32,000 bases of DNA, taken from positions 3,750,001 to 3,782,000 of the forward strand of contig NZ_LT934425.1 in the NCBI RefSeq assembly GCF_900232105.1, in the 5' to 3' direction. The notes beneath the pieces were generated by a model. The model had not been told where the DNA came from. It saw only the letters and a program-made list of their open reading frames with translations, and searched no databases. Each line of letters opens with the position of its first letter. Within the stretch, counting starts at the first letter, position 1. This DNA comes from Candidatus Kuenenia stuttgartensis (GTDB taxonomy: Bacteria > Planctomycetota > Brocadiia > Brocadiales > Brocadiaceae). A program made the translations under genes and the position numbers. Shown here in pieces: positions 9,250-17,919 of the stretch.

Positions 9250-9972
9250 GTACACAGTGTAACATACGGTTAACACGGTGTCCAGCAAAAAATATGGGTC
9301 ATCCCCAGCTCTTGAAAAGGGTGAAGATGTTTTGAAAATATGCACCGATTTTATTGAAGGAAGGCAAGCTCTTGATTTTTCTTAATTGAAGGTGCTTATA
9401 CCCACTTCACCGGATGGGAGCGGCTTAATCTTTGAATTTATGGGTAAACCCTTTGCCGAATGCGTAAAGGAACTGTCAAGAGTTGCTTAATATACCATTG
9501 CTATTGGCACATGTGCTACTGCCGGCGGAATATCTGCTGCCTACAATAATCCAACAGGCGCTACAGGGGGTTCAATTTTTCCAGGATAAAACAAGGGGGG
9601 GATTTTAGGTGTAGATTATCGTTCTAAAGCCGGGTTTCCTGTTGTAAATATTCCAGGATGTCCAACCCACCCCGACTGGGTTTTAAAAACCCTTTATCTG
9701 CTTTCACAGAAAAAATTGACTCTCGATGGTCTTGATTATGTCAACCGCCCCGCGCACTTCTTCAATAATCTTGCCCACCATGCCTGCCCCAGGAATGAAT
9801 TCTATGAGTTTATCCCAACTTCGACAAATTTATCCTGAAAAAGGCAAGAAATTGAGCGTATAATAGTCGTAACCTATTGGTATGGTTGAATGTTGCTTTC
9901 GGCGTTTAATGTAGTGCCTGAATATTATTGTTTATGCTTGCGGCGCCATTGCTTACATGGTAAAATACCGGT

Positions 9973-11847
9973 GTGTTTATCCGTGAAAAGATCAAAAAAG
10001 TGAATGGCGGGAAGAGCTACATACAACACCAACTCATCGAATCCATTCGCACCCCTTCAGGGCCAAGACAGCAAATAGTCTTAAACCTTGGGCAGCTTAG
10101 TCTGCCCGAGGAGAAGTGGAAGACCCTTGCCAATTGCATTGAAGGATTTTTAGCAAATCAAAAAACGTTGTTTCCTCAAGATCCTGAAATAGAGGCGAAA
10201 GCAAGGCATTATGCCAGCCAGATAAGACAGGAGCGGTTGGACAGGGCGCAAGAACGTATTACCGGCGGTGAATCAGCAGGGGAAGAACCTGCTCAATACG
10301 AGCACGTGAATATTAATTCCCTGATAACAAATGATGCAAAGACCGTAGGCGCCGAACACGTGGCCATAAGCCAAATGAATGAATACGGGTTTGATAAGAT
10401 ATTGCAAGGGCTTGATTTTACAGATGACCAGATTGCCTATTCCAAGATGCTCATTGTGGGGAGAATGGTTCATCCCGGCAGCGAGCGTGATACCGTGCGA
10501 TGGCTTTCTGAAACAAGCGGGGCGGGAGAGCTGTTGGACTCAGGGGTTAAACTGTATGATAAAGCGCTGCATCGCGCGGCAGTCTTGCTTTGGGAGAATC
10601 ATGCCGCCATAGAGCAAGAGTTGTCAAAGCGGGCGCGAGAGATATTTTCCCTTAAAGAGACGGTGATTTTATATGATTTAACAAATACCTATTTTGAGGG
10701 TAGCAAAAGAGGGAGTAAGGTGGCCCGGCGCTACAAATCAAAAGAGAGCCGTAATGATTGTCCGTTAATTACGCTATCCCTTACCGTTGATGAAGAGGGA
10801 TTTCCCAAGCAGAGCAAGGTTTTTGAGGGCAATGTGTCGGAGCCTGGTACCCTAAAAGATATTTTGGATGGATTAAAAAAAGAAGACGGTATGTTTTCAA
10901 ATGATAGAACGATAGTTATGGACGCAGGGGTTGCAACGGAAGAGAACATTGCGCTTATCAGGAAGAGTGGCTATAAATATGTGGTCGTCTTGCGCAAGAA
11001 ATCTTTTGAAGATACTTTTTGGCCTGAAACGGACGAAGAGAAGATTATGTTATCAGACGGGAAAACAACGTTGGGCATGAAATTAGTCCGTACTGAAGAA
11101 GAGGCATTCCTTTTATGCCACAGCGAGGCAAAAGAGGCAAAAGAGGCAAAAGAGAAGTCCATCCTTTCCCTGAAAGAACAAAGGTTTGAAGAGGCGCTCT
11201 CGGCAATAAAAGAAGGATTAGAGAAGCCAAAAAGACAGAAAAAATATGATACGATCATAGAGAGGATAGGCCGGTTAAAAGAACGCTACAAGGTGGGCAA
11301 TTTATATACGATCAAAGTGGAACAGACGGATGGCAAAGCGACCGATATCAAATTTAAGAAAAATGCTCAGGCGCAAGCAAAGGAAGAAGCCATAGGCACG
11401 TATGTATTACGGACAAACCGACTTGATCTTAGCGGGGAAGAGATATCAAAGCTCCATAGGTCGTTGAGTACTGTTGAGGAAAGTTTTAAAACAATGAAAG
11501 GCAACCTTGGTTTACGGCCAAACTTTCACCACACAGATACCCCAACCATTGCCCACGTGCATGTCACTGTATTGGCCTATCACATACTTGCCGGGATATT
11601 AAAAAAGCTAAGAACCGCAGGGGTTCATTATAATTGGAATACGATTCGTAATATCCTTGCCACCCATATAAGGGTAACAACGACCATGAACACAAAGGAC
11701 GGCTGCGTTATTGACGTCAGAACCTGCACAGCGCCCACGGAAAAGCAGCACACGATTTACAATAAACTACAAATTAAACATACACCATTAGGCAGAAAAA
11801 ATATAAAATCACCCATGAAAACTCAAAGATGTAGTGCCGAAAAATGA
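9973..11847 (+). CDS. IS1634-family-like transposase
   Basis: 624 aa; MFIREKIKKVNGGKSYIQHQLIES.., VILYDLTNTYFEG, DAGVATEENIALIRKSGYKYVVVLRK, LRTNRLDLSGEEISKLHRSLSTVEESFKTMKGNLGLRPNFHHTDTPTIAHVHVTVLAY. Confidence 0.85.
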   Translation: MFIREKIKKVNGGKSYIQHQLIESIRTPSGPRQQIVLNLGQLSLPEEKWKTLANCIEGFLANQKTLFPQDPEIEAKARHYASQIRQERLDRAQERITGGESAGEEPAQYEHVNINSLITNDAKTVGAEHVAISQMNEYGFDKILQGLDFTDDQIAYSKMLIVGRMVHPGSERDTVRWLSETSGAGELLDSGVKLYDKALHRAAVLLWENHAAIEQELSKRAREIFSLKETVILYDLTNTYFEGSKRGSKVARRYKSKESRNDCPLITLSLTVDEEGFPKQSKVFEGNVSEPGTLKDILDGLKKEDGMFSNDRTIVMDAGVATEENIALIRKSGYKYVVVLRKKSFEDTFWPETDEEKIMLSDGKTTLGMKLVRTEEEAFLLCHSEAKEAKEAKEKSILSLKEQRFEEALSAIKEGLEKPKRQKKYDTIIERIGRLKERYKVGNLYTIKVEQTDGKATDIKFKKNAQAQAKEEAIGTYVLRTNRLDLSGEEISKLHRSLSTVEESFKTMKGNLGLRPNFHHTDTPTIAHVHVTVLAYHILAGILKKLRTAGVHYNWNTIRNILATHIRVTTTMNTKDGCVIDVRTCTAPTEKQHTIYNKLQIKHTPLGRKNIKSPMKTQRCSAEK

Positions 11848-12312
11848 AGGACTAAAGTCGTATCACATTGGCAATAAAAGAGATACGATTTCTGCTTGTC
11901 GAAGTTGGGTTAAGCCTTTCCCGCTCATCTCTGCCTTGATTTTCGGTTGTCTTTTGCTGTATTTTTTTGCTATATTCTTCATCGAAATGGTGAATCTCCT
12001 TTCAGGTGTTTTTTGTTATCAATATACCGCCGAATACCTTGGAAATCCTACCATTTCAATCCTATTCCTGCAACAAGGCTTTGCCTTGTTTGCAGGATTT
12101 AGGTAACAATCAAAGGCCAAAAAGCTAGTTGCCAGAAGATCCCGCGTCCGCGGCAACAATCACATGAATTATTAGAGGCATTACAGATAAAGTTGCCAGA
12201 AGTATTGCCAAGCCGGAACATACGGGTAGTCACTAGAAAAAAGCTTGCTGTTCGGCGTAAAAGCCAATAAATATAAGGCTTTTACGGCACTTTTGTTTTT
12301 TGACTTGGGGTG

Positions 12313-13351
12313 AACATCCGTTATAGACGGGAGTAAATTCAGGGCGAATGCCTCTATAAATAATACGTGGGATGAAAAGAAGTGCGGGAAATATTTAGAG
12401 ATAGCGGAGAAAAATATAGAAAGGATAATGGAAGAAGCCGAACGGATAGACAAGGAAGAAGACAGTAAGGGGTCATTAGTGAAGCTAAAAGAAGAGCTTC
12501 AGAGCAATGAGAAATTGCAGGCGAAGGTAAAAGAGATATCGAAGAAACTCAAGGAGAGCGGTAAAGAGAAGATCAATACTACGGATAGTGATAGTGTCAA
12601 TGGCAAGACAAGGCAGGGGAGTCATGCAATAATGAATTGCCAGGTAAGTACGGACAAGAAACACGGATTAATAGTAAACAGCGAAGCCGTTAGTCAGAAC
12701 AACGATCTGAATCAACTCTCAGGGCAGGTGAAACAATGTACAGAAACCTTGGGGAAGCCGCTGGCAGAGGTAGTGAGCGATGCGGGATATTTCAGTCTTA
12801 AAGATATAGAGAAAGTACCGGAAGATGTAAAGGTAATAATGCCGGGCAGAAGGCAGGCGCAAAAAGAGAACAAGAAAACGGAGTTAGAGCCGTTTGGTAA
12901 GGAAGAGTTTAGCTACGATAAGGAAAAGGATGTATATATTTGTCCTGAAGGAAAGATACTTGAGAAGAAAGGATTCGCATTTGGTTCTGAGGAGAAAGTA
13001 AGTTACAAGGCCGTAGGTAAAGAGTGTCGTGAATGCCGGCATTTTGGAAAATGCACTACCTGCAAAGATGGTAGGCGGGTAGTGCGAATGGTAAAACTAG
13101 AAGAACTTAAAGAGCGACTCGAAGAAATATACCACGAGGAAGAAAGCCAGAAGCTCTATAAATTGCGTAAAGAAAAGGTAGAATTACAATTTGGTCATAT
13201 GAAACGGAATTTAGGAGCCGGTCAATTTTTATTGCGGGGCAGGGAGGGGGTTAATGCAGAGCTATCAATTCTATCAACCTGTTTTAACATGGCGAGAATG
13301 ATAACCATAATTGGTGTGCCAATGTTGATTGCAAAGTTCAATAGCATGTAA
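12313..13351 (+). pseudogene. IS1182-family-like transposase, 5'-truncated
   Basis: Frame is open from VIDGSKFRANASINNTWDEKKCGKYLEIAEKNIERIMEEAERIDKEED into the 12428 ORF (VVSDAGYFS, YICPEGK, CRECRHFGKCTTCKDGRR, FGHMKRNLGAGQFLLRG); the N-terminal DNA-binding region is absent or disrupted. Confidence 0.75.
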
Positions 13352-13500
13352 AACCAGAGGGATTAGACACCGGAATGCACTAATAAAGATATACTACGGG
13401 AATTTTTAGACCTGCTACAAAATAAAGTGTCGAAAAAAATTATTCTATACTTTTTAAGCCGAATATACACCATCGCTGCAACTTTTATTTGACTCAGTCT

Positions 13501-13731
13501 GTCCGGCTTGGGAACGGGATTGTTTGAGAAGCTCCAGCTTCGAATGAAAAAGAGAATGGGCACATGTCAGCTTATACTTTTCAGTATATTATCAAGATAT
13601 TTGGCGTCCTATTTTGAGCCGAATAATGCTTGCTGAGTGGAAGCGAGAGCTTCCAATACCATTGCGTTCCCAAGCCGGAGCTTTGGAACGAGCATTTTTG
13701 TTTTTTCAAAAAACTAAAGTGTTACAAAAAA
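13501..13731 (-). repeat. Family A long-core repeat (inverted relative to the 20638-20898 copy)
   Basis: Shares ...GGAAGCTCTCGCTTCCA..AGCAAG.ATTATTC.GCTCAAAATAGGACGCCAAATATCTTGATAA... and the TTTTTTGTAACACTTTAGTTTTTTGAAAAAAC end with the copy near 20640. Confidence 0.85.
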
Positions 13732-14561
13732 GCCGATACCACCCGATTGAATTCTTCCGGACGTTCTCTCGTCAACCAGTGCCCGCATTTATTAATAACA
13801 TGCAGCCGTGCGTTTTTAATTAATGAGGCCGCCTGTTGTGCATAGTACAAAGGAACAAGGGAATCACATTCTCCGTGAAGCAATAATGTCCTTGTCTGCA
13901 ATTCATGAAAACGTTGTGCGTAACACGTTAGCATGCTATTCCATAATACCTCATTCCTTAGCCATGAAAAGAATGCCTTTTCAGTGCATGGACGTTGTGC
14001 GACCGTATGTATTTCATGCACCAGTTCTTTGGAAATCAACCGGCGGTCATAGAATGTTTTTTGTAAACAACTTCTTACAACAAAATGGCTTCTCCTCATG
14101 CATTCACAGATAATTTTACTAAAAAACGGCATATGTAATAATAAATACGATAACGTATGATAAGGAGCTTTGTGTTGTAATCCATAACTGCCAGCCAAAA
14201 CAATATTACTTACGCGTTCAGGGGAAATAAGGGTATATCCCAGCACGGCAGCACCTCCCATTGAAAGGCCAATGAGGCTTGCCTTTTGTAGTTGCCATGC
14301 ATCCATCAAGCGGCTAAGGAAATCTATTAACAGGTCATTTGTATAATTGCCTGTAAAGGCGGAACTCTGCCCGTATGATGGCCAGTCAGGCGCAAATACT
14401 TTATATTTTTGCGATAAATGTGGAATAATATATTTCCACGAAAGCATGGCGGAATTTGTACCCCCTCCATGAAGAAGTACAACATTCCGGTCCCCGTCGC
14501 CGGATACGAAGTAATGTATTGTTGCGGAGCCAACCTTTATCCAGTTCTCTCTCATAGACAT
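13722..14561 (-). CDS. Alpha/beta hydrolase
   Basis: NVVLLHGGGTNSAMLSW, nucleophile elbow LIGLSMGGAAVLGY, CGHWLTRERPEEFNRVVSAFL; likely start at internal Met (MSMRENWIKVG) rather than 14609. Confidence 0.8.
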   Translation of the reverse strand: MSMRENWIKVGSATIHYFVSGDGDRNVVLLHGGGTNSAMLSWKYIIPHLSQKYKVFAPDWPSYGQSSAFTGNYTNDLLIDFLSRLMDAWQLQKASLIGLSMGGAAVLGYTLISPERVSNIVLAGSYGLQHKAPYHTLSYLLLHMPFFSKIICECMRRSHFVVRSCLQKTFYDRRLISKELVHEIHTVAQRPCTEKAFFSWLRNEVLWNSMLTCYAQRFHELQTRTLLLHGECDSLVPLYYAQQAASLIKNARLHVINKCGHWLTRERPEEFNRVVSAFL

Positions 14562-14597
14562 ATAAAATATACAGCGCAGCAAAGCTGCAACCAAAAT

Positions 14598-14625
14598 GTA
14601 GAGATGCACAGCCGTGCGTCTCTAC
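14598..14625. repeat. Palindromic dispersed-repeat-like hairpin
   Basis: GTAGAGATGCAC-AGCC-GTGCGTCTCTAC; a shorter related form TAGACGCAAGCAATGCGTCT lies at ~24073. Confidence 0.5.
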
Positions 14626-14884
14626 TTTAGCCACGAAGAATACAAAGGGCACGAAGAAAAACTTACAACAAAAGAGGTTTTTACAGGGCAATACTATAGT
14701 ATCTGAAAAATTGCACAAATATAACTAAATTCTGCAGTAGGATACAAATTTACGCAGAAAAGGGACCCACAGATTACACGGATTAAAAAATTCGTAGTGA
14801 TACGGGGCGCCGTGTCTATACATTGTGTTGCGTGCGGAGAGAAAGAAATTCCCTTGAATGCATTGTAAATAAAGGTAAAATGAG

Positions 14885-16081
14885 ATGGAAAAATATTTTA
14901 TTGAAGAAAAACACACGAATTCCCTTAATCAACCATTCCTAATGCACAGAATAAGAAAGCCGTTATTGCCCCTTTACCTTCACATCCCCTTTTGTTCTAA
15001 AAAGTGTGATTATTGCGATTTTAACTCTATTGTATCAGAAGCAGATATAATCGACCGTTATATAAATGCCCTTGAAAAGGAGTTAAATGCCTTTGCGGAG
15101 AGATATGCCTGCGATACCGTGTACGTTGGCGGAGGAACACCCACAATATTAAATGAAAACCAGATAAAGACCCTACTTCATAGTATCAGGAGATGTCCTG
15201 AAAATGCCGATGCGCCGGAATACACGGTGGAGGCAAATCCTGGCACTCTGACGAGAGGCAAAGTAAGGTTGTTGAAGGAATACGGCGTCAATCGCATAAG
15301 CGTGGGGGTGCAATCATTTCAGGATAGGTATTTAAACTTTCTTGGCAGAATTCACACAAGTGCAGTTGCAGTTCAAAGCATAGAGTTGATTATCTCCGAG
15401 GGGTTTAAAAATGTCAATATTGACTTAATCTTTGGATATCCGGGGCAGACATTGGATGAATGGATACGGGATTTACGAATGGCTGTGGAATTGCAACCGG
15501 AGCATATATCAACGTATGCCCTTACCTATGAGGGAGAGACTCCGTTAGCAAAAAAGGCAGTAAATGGCGCTATTAGTAAATTAGATGAAGAGATTGAATT
15601 AAAAATGTATAAAACGGCTATACGTTTTTTGCATGAAAATAACTATTGTCATTATGAAATATCAAATTTTGCCAGGCTTGGTTACGAATGTGTCCACAAC
15701 ATAAATTACTGGAATAATAAGCGGTATATAGGCATTGGCGCCGGCGCATGTTCCTTTCTTGATGGTGAAAGAACTATGAACGAAAGGAATGTGCTGCAAT
15801 ACATAAAGGCAATAGAGGACAACACAGAGGTAAAGGTGTTTCGTGAATCTTTGCCGCAGCGCAAATATGCATCTGAAACTATTGTGATGGCCTTGCGTAT
15901 GCTTCGTGGTATTTCCGGAACTGAATTTTATGACCGTTTTGGTTATAAAATCGAGGATCAATTTGGAACACAGATGAAAGATTTGCAATGCCTTGGATTG
16001 GTGAATTACGATGATAAAAGGCTGAAACTGACGGAAAAAGGCTTATTTGTGGCTGACAGTGTTATGTCGGAATTTTTATAA
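14885..16081 (+). CDS. hemW: HemW-like (coproporphyrinogen III oxidase-like) radical SAM protein
   Basis: PLYLHIPFCSKKCDYCDFNS with CxxxCxxC, VYVGGGTPTIL, NRISVGVQSFQDRYLNFLGR, NIDLIFGYPGQT. Confidence 0.88.
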   Translation: MEKYFIEEKHTNSLNQPFLMHRIRKPLLPLYLHIPFCSKKCDYCDFNSIVSEADIIDRYINALEKELNAFAERYACDTVYVGGGTPTILNENQIKTLLHSIRRCPENADAPEYTVEANPGTLTRGKVRLLKEYGVNRISVGVQSFQDRYLNFLGRIHTSAVAVQSIELIISEGFKNVNIDLIFGYPGQTLDEWIRDLRMAVELQPEHISTYALTYEGETPLAKKAVNGAISKLDEEIELKMYKTAIRFLHENNYCHYEISNFARLGYECVHNINYWNNKRYIGIGAGACSFLDGERTMNERNVLQYIKAIEDNTEVKVFRESLPQRKYASETIVMALRMLRGISGTEFYDRFGYKIEDQFGTQMKDLQCLGLVNYDDKRLKLTEKGLFVADSVMSEFL

Positions 16082-16106
16082 CGGTTGTTTTTTAGGAGTA
16101 ACGAAA

Positions 16107-16664
16107 TTGATTAGTGCTACTGAAATGAAAAAGGGTGGAGTGATAAAACTCGATAATGATCTGTATGTGGTGGTAGAATCTCAGCACGTAACCCCGGGCA
16201 ATTGGCGTGGTATGGTACAGGCAAAATTGAGGAACTTAAAACAGGGGAATATTGTTCAGAAGCGCTTCCGGTCAACTGATAAGGTTGAAGATATATTTCT
16301 CGAATACCGCACTATGGAGTATTTGTATAAGGAAGGTGATAGCTACTGCTTCATGGATACGGAAAATTATGAACAAATAATGTTGCCGAAAGAAGCGGTG
16401 GAAGATGCTATTCCTTACATGAAACTGAATACACAGGCAAGAATAGCTTTTTATGAAAATAAGGCACTGTCGGTAGAGCTTCCTACTTCCGTTGTTTTGG
16501 AAATAGTTGAGACAGATCCAGGAATGAAAGGAGATACCGTCGTGAATGTTTATAAACCTGCTACCCTGGAAACAGGACTCATCATAAAAGTGCCGCTCTT
16601 TATAAATACCGGCGAAAAGGTAAAAGTAGATACAAGGACCGGTGAATTCCTGGGCAGGGAATAG
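16107..16664 (+). CDS. efp: Elongation factor P, TTG start
   Basis: ISATEMKKGGVIKLDNDLYVVVESQHVTPGNWRGMVQAKLRNLKQGN...GDTVVNVYKPATLETGLIIKVPLFINTGEKVKVDTRTGEFLGR; AGGAG precedes TTG at 16107. The track start at 16047 overlaps hemW. Confidence 0.88.
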   Translation: MISATEMKKGGVIKLDNDLYVVVESQHVTPGNWRGMVQAKLRNLKQGNIVQKRFRSTDKVEDIFLEYRTMEYLYKEGDSYCFMDTENYEQIMLPKEAVEDAIPYMKLNTQARIAFYENKALSVELPTSVVLEIVETDPGMKGDTVVNVYKPATLETGLIIKVPLFINTGEKVKVDTRTGEFLGRE

Positions 16665-16671
16665 TCACCGT

Positions 16672-16795
16672 CATTATTTAAATGTTTAGTACCTTAGCAG
16701 TAATTATTTTGCACACTTCCATGCGTCAGTGCGTGCTTTTTGGCAAGATATTTAATGGTGAAATTGGTCTATTATAAGCTTATGACGATTTTCGT
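16672..16795 (-). repeat. Family B dispersed repeat, copy 1
   Basis: Reverse complement of CGAAATACTAAAATCGTCATAAGCTTATAATAGACCAATTTCACCATTAAATATTTTGCCAAAAAGCACGCACTGACG.ATGGAAGTGTGCAAA. Confidence 0.85.
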
Positions 16796-16879
16796 ATTTA
16801 ATGCTTATTTGGTTCTGGCTATGCCAACTAAGGCAGCCTGATTTAAATATACGAAGTTCTGAAAGAGAATGAGGAGAAA

Positions 16880-17863
16880 ATGGGCATAGAAGATTCTATA
16901 AGAACGTATGGCGCAAAGATTGATGATATGCTCAGGGAACTGATTCCCGTAGACGAAAAAAACTATCTCAGCGAGCCGATATGGTATCACATGAACACAA
17001 AAGGTAAACGGGTACGCCCGGCAATATGTCTTATCACGTGTGAAGCATTGGGCGGCAACCCTGAGAATGCATTAAGCTTTGCCCTTGCGATAGAAGTGTT
17101 GCATAACATGTTTCTTATGCATGATGATATTGAGGATGGCGATACCGTAAGGCGGGACCAACCCACCGTATGGGTAAAATATGGAACGGCAAATGCAATA
17201 AACGCCGGCGATTATCTTCTTGCATGCGCCTATAAAAGCACGCTTGCAAGTCCCGTTGCTCCGGAAAAACGCTTAAAATTATTAGAGGCATTGACGTTGA
17301 CCTATGGGAAAACGGTGGAAGGCCAGGCCCTTGATATTAACGCACGCGCCGCAGAAAGTTTTACTGTGGCTGCATATATGAAAATGGTGGAACTTAAGAC
17401 GGGTTATTATCTTGCTTGCGGAATGGTGGGCGGCGCTATTGTTGCCGGCGCCTCAAACGAAGTGGTCGAAAAGATATGGATGCTTGGCAAAAACATGGGG
17501 CCTGCATTCCAGATACGGGACGATCTTATTGACCTGACGCATGGAAAGGGACGTGGGGGGGTTATCGGTTCTGATATAAAAGAGGGGAAAGCCAGTTTCC
17601 TCTATTCATATGTTTTGCAAATTGCTTCCGGGGAACAAAAGAAAAAACTGCGCGAAATTATGTTAAAACCACGGGAAGAAACAACTGCTGATGATATAGA
17701 ATGGGTGCTTGATGTGTATAGAAGATATGATGCGATGAAATATGCCCAGGATTATGCGGAAAATCTGGTGCAACAAGCATACAAAACAATTAATGAGATA
17801 CCCGTTGACGATAAAACAATATTCAAAGAAATAGCATCTTTTATGGCACAGCGCATGTCGTAA
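16880..17863 (+). CDS. Polyprenyl diphosphate synthase (trans-isoprenyl, GGPP/FPP-type)
   Basis: First Asp-rich motif LMHDDIEDGDTVRR, second FQIRDDLIDLTHG, GKRVRPAICL. Confidence 0.9.
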   Translation: MGIEDSIRTYGAKIDDMLRELIPVDEKNYLSEPIWYHMNTKGKRVRPAICLITCEALGGNPENALSFALAIEVLHNMFLMHDDIEDGDTVRRDQPTVWVKYGTANAINAGDYLLACAYKSTLASPVAPEKRLKLLEALTLTYGKTVEGQALDINARAAESFTVAAYMKMVELKTGYYLACGMVGGAIVAGASNEVVEKIWMLGKNMGPAFQIRDDLIDLTHGKGRGGVIGSDIKEGKASFLYSYVLQIASGEQKKKLREIMLKPREETTADDIEWVLDVYRRYDAMKYAQDYAENLVQQAYKTINEIPVDDKTIFKEIASFMAQRMS

Positions 17864-17919
17864 TACCCACCTGGGAAAAGAGTTTTCCTCGAAGAAGGGC
17901 AAAGAGGGGCGGCAGTAAC

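Larger units (their letters stand above)
4920..9280 (-). mobile_element. IS4/Tn5-like insertion sequence carrying a DruA (DUF4338)-transposase fusion, itself interrupted by an RT element
   Basis: Interrupts the hydrogenase pseudogene; candidate imperfect inverted ends CACCGTAGTTGTACGG (left) and CACCGTGTTAACCGTA (right, minus strand); flanking coding sequence resumes on both sides. No TSD identified. Confidence 0.65.
4751..9868 (+). pseudogene. [NiFe]-hydrogenase small subunit (HupS-like) pseudogene, split by an IS element and carrying stops/frameshifts
   Basis: Left piece 4751-~4919: MKNLLCHHGLGCGGDTISL..LNAEEPDFFN..AWHPSLSLETNLYPQISR. Right piece ~9281-9868: SSKKYGSSPALEKGEDVLKICTDFIEGRQALDFS*..IPTSPDGSGLIFEFMGKPFAECVKELSRVA*YTIAIGTCATAGGISAAYNNPTGATGG..GILGVDYRSKAGFPVVNIPGCPTHPDWVLKTL..ACPRNEFYEFIPTSTNLS*. 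Frames were read by eye. Confidence 0.8.

Noticed and set aside
4911-9317. TTTCAAGAGC (4911-4920) and GCTCTTGAAA (9308-9317) as IS terminal inverted repeats.
   Set aside because: Both lie within hydrogenase-coding sequence (NLYPQISR / SSPALEKG); coding continuity places the IS ends nearer 4920 and 9280, so this match is coincidental.
4951-9345. A functional Druantia defence system, suggested by the DUF4338/DruA domain.
   Set aside because: The DruA-like domain is fused to a DDE transposase and interrupted, and no druBCDE-type or helicase genes are present; the signal is that of an IS element.
9909-11838. Direct repeat ATGTAGTGCC at 9909-9918 and 11829-11838 as a TSD of the IS1634-like element.
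   Set aside because: The right copy lies inside the transposase ORF (ends 11847) and no inverted repeats adjoin the copies; borders remain undetermined.
13614-13845. ORFs 13614-13823 and 13630-13845.
   Set aside because: Largely translations of Family A repeat DNA; resemblance to the start of the 20718 ORF is repeat-derived.
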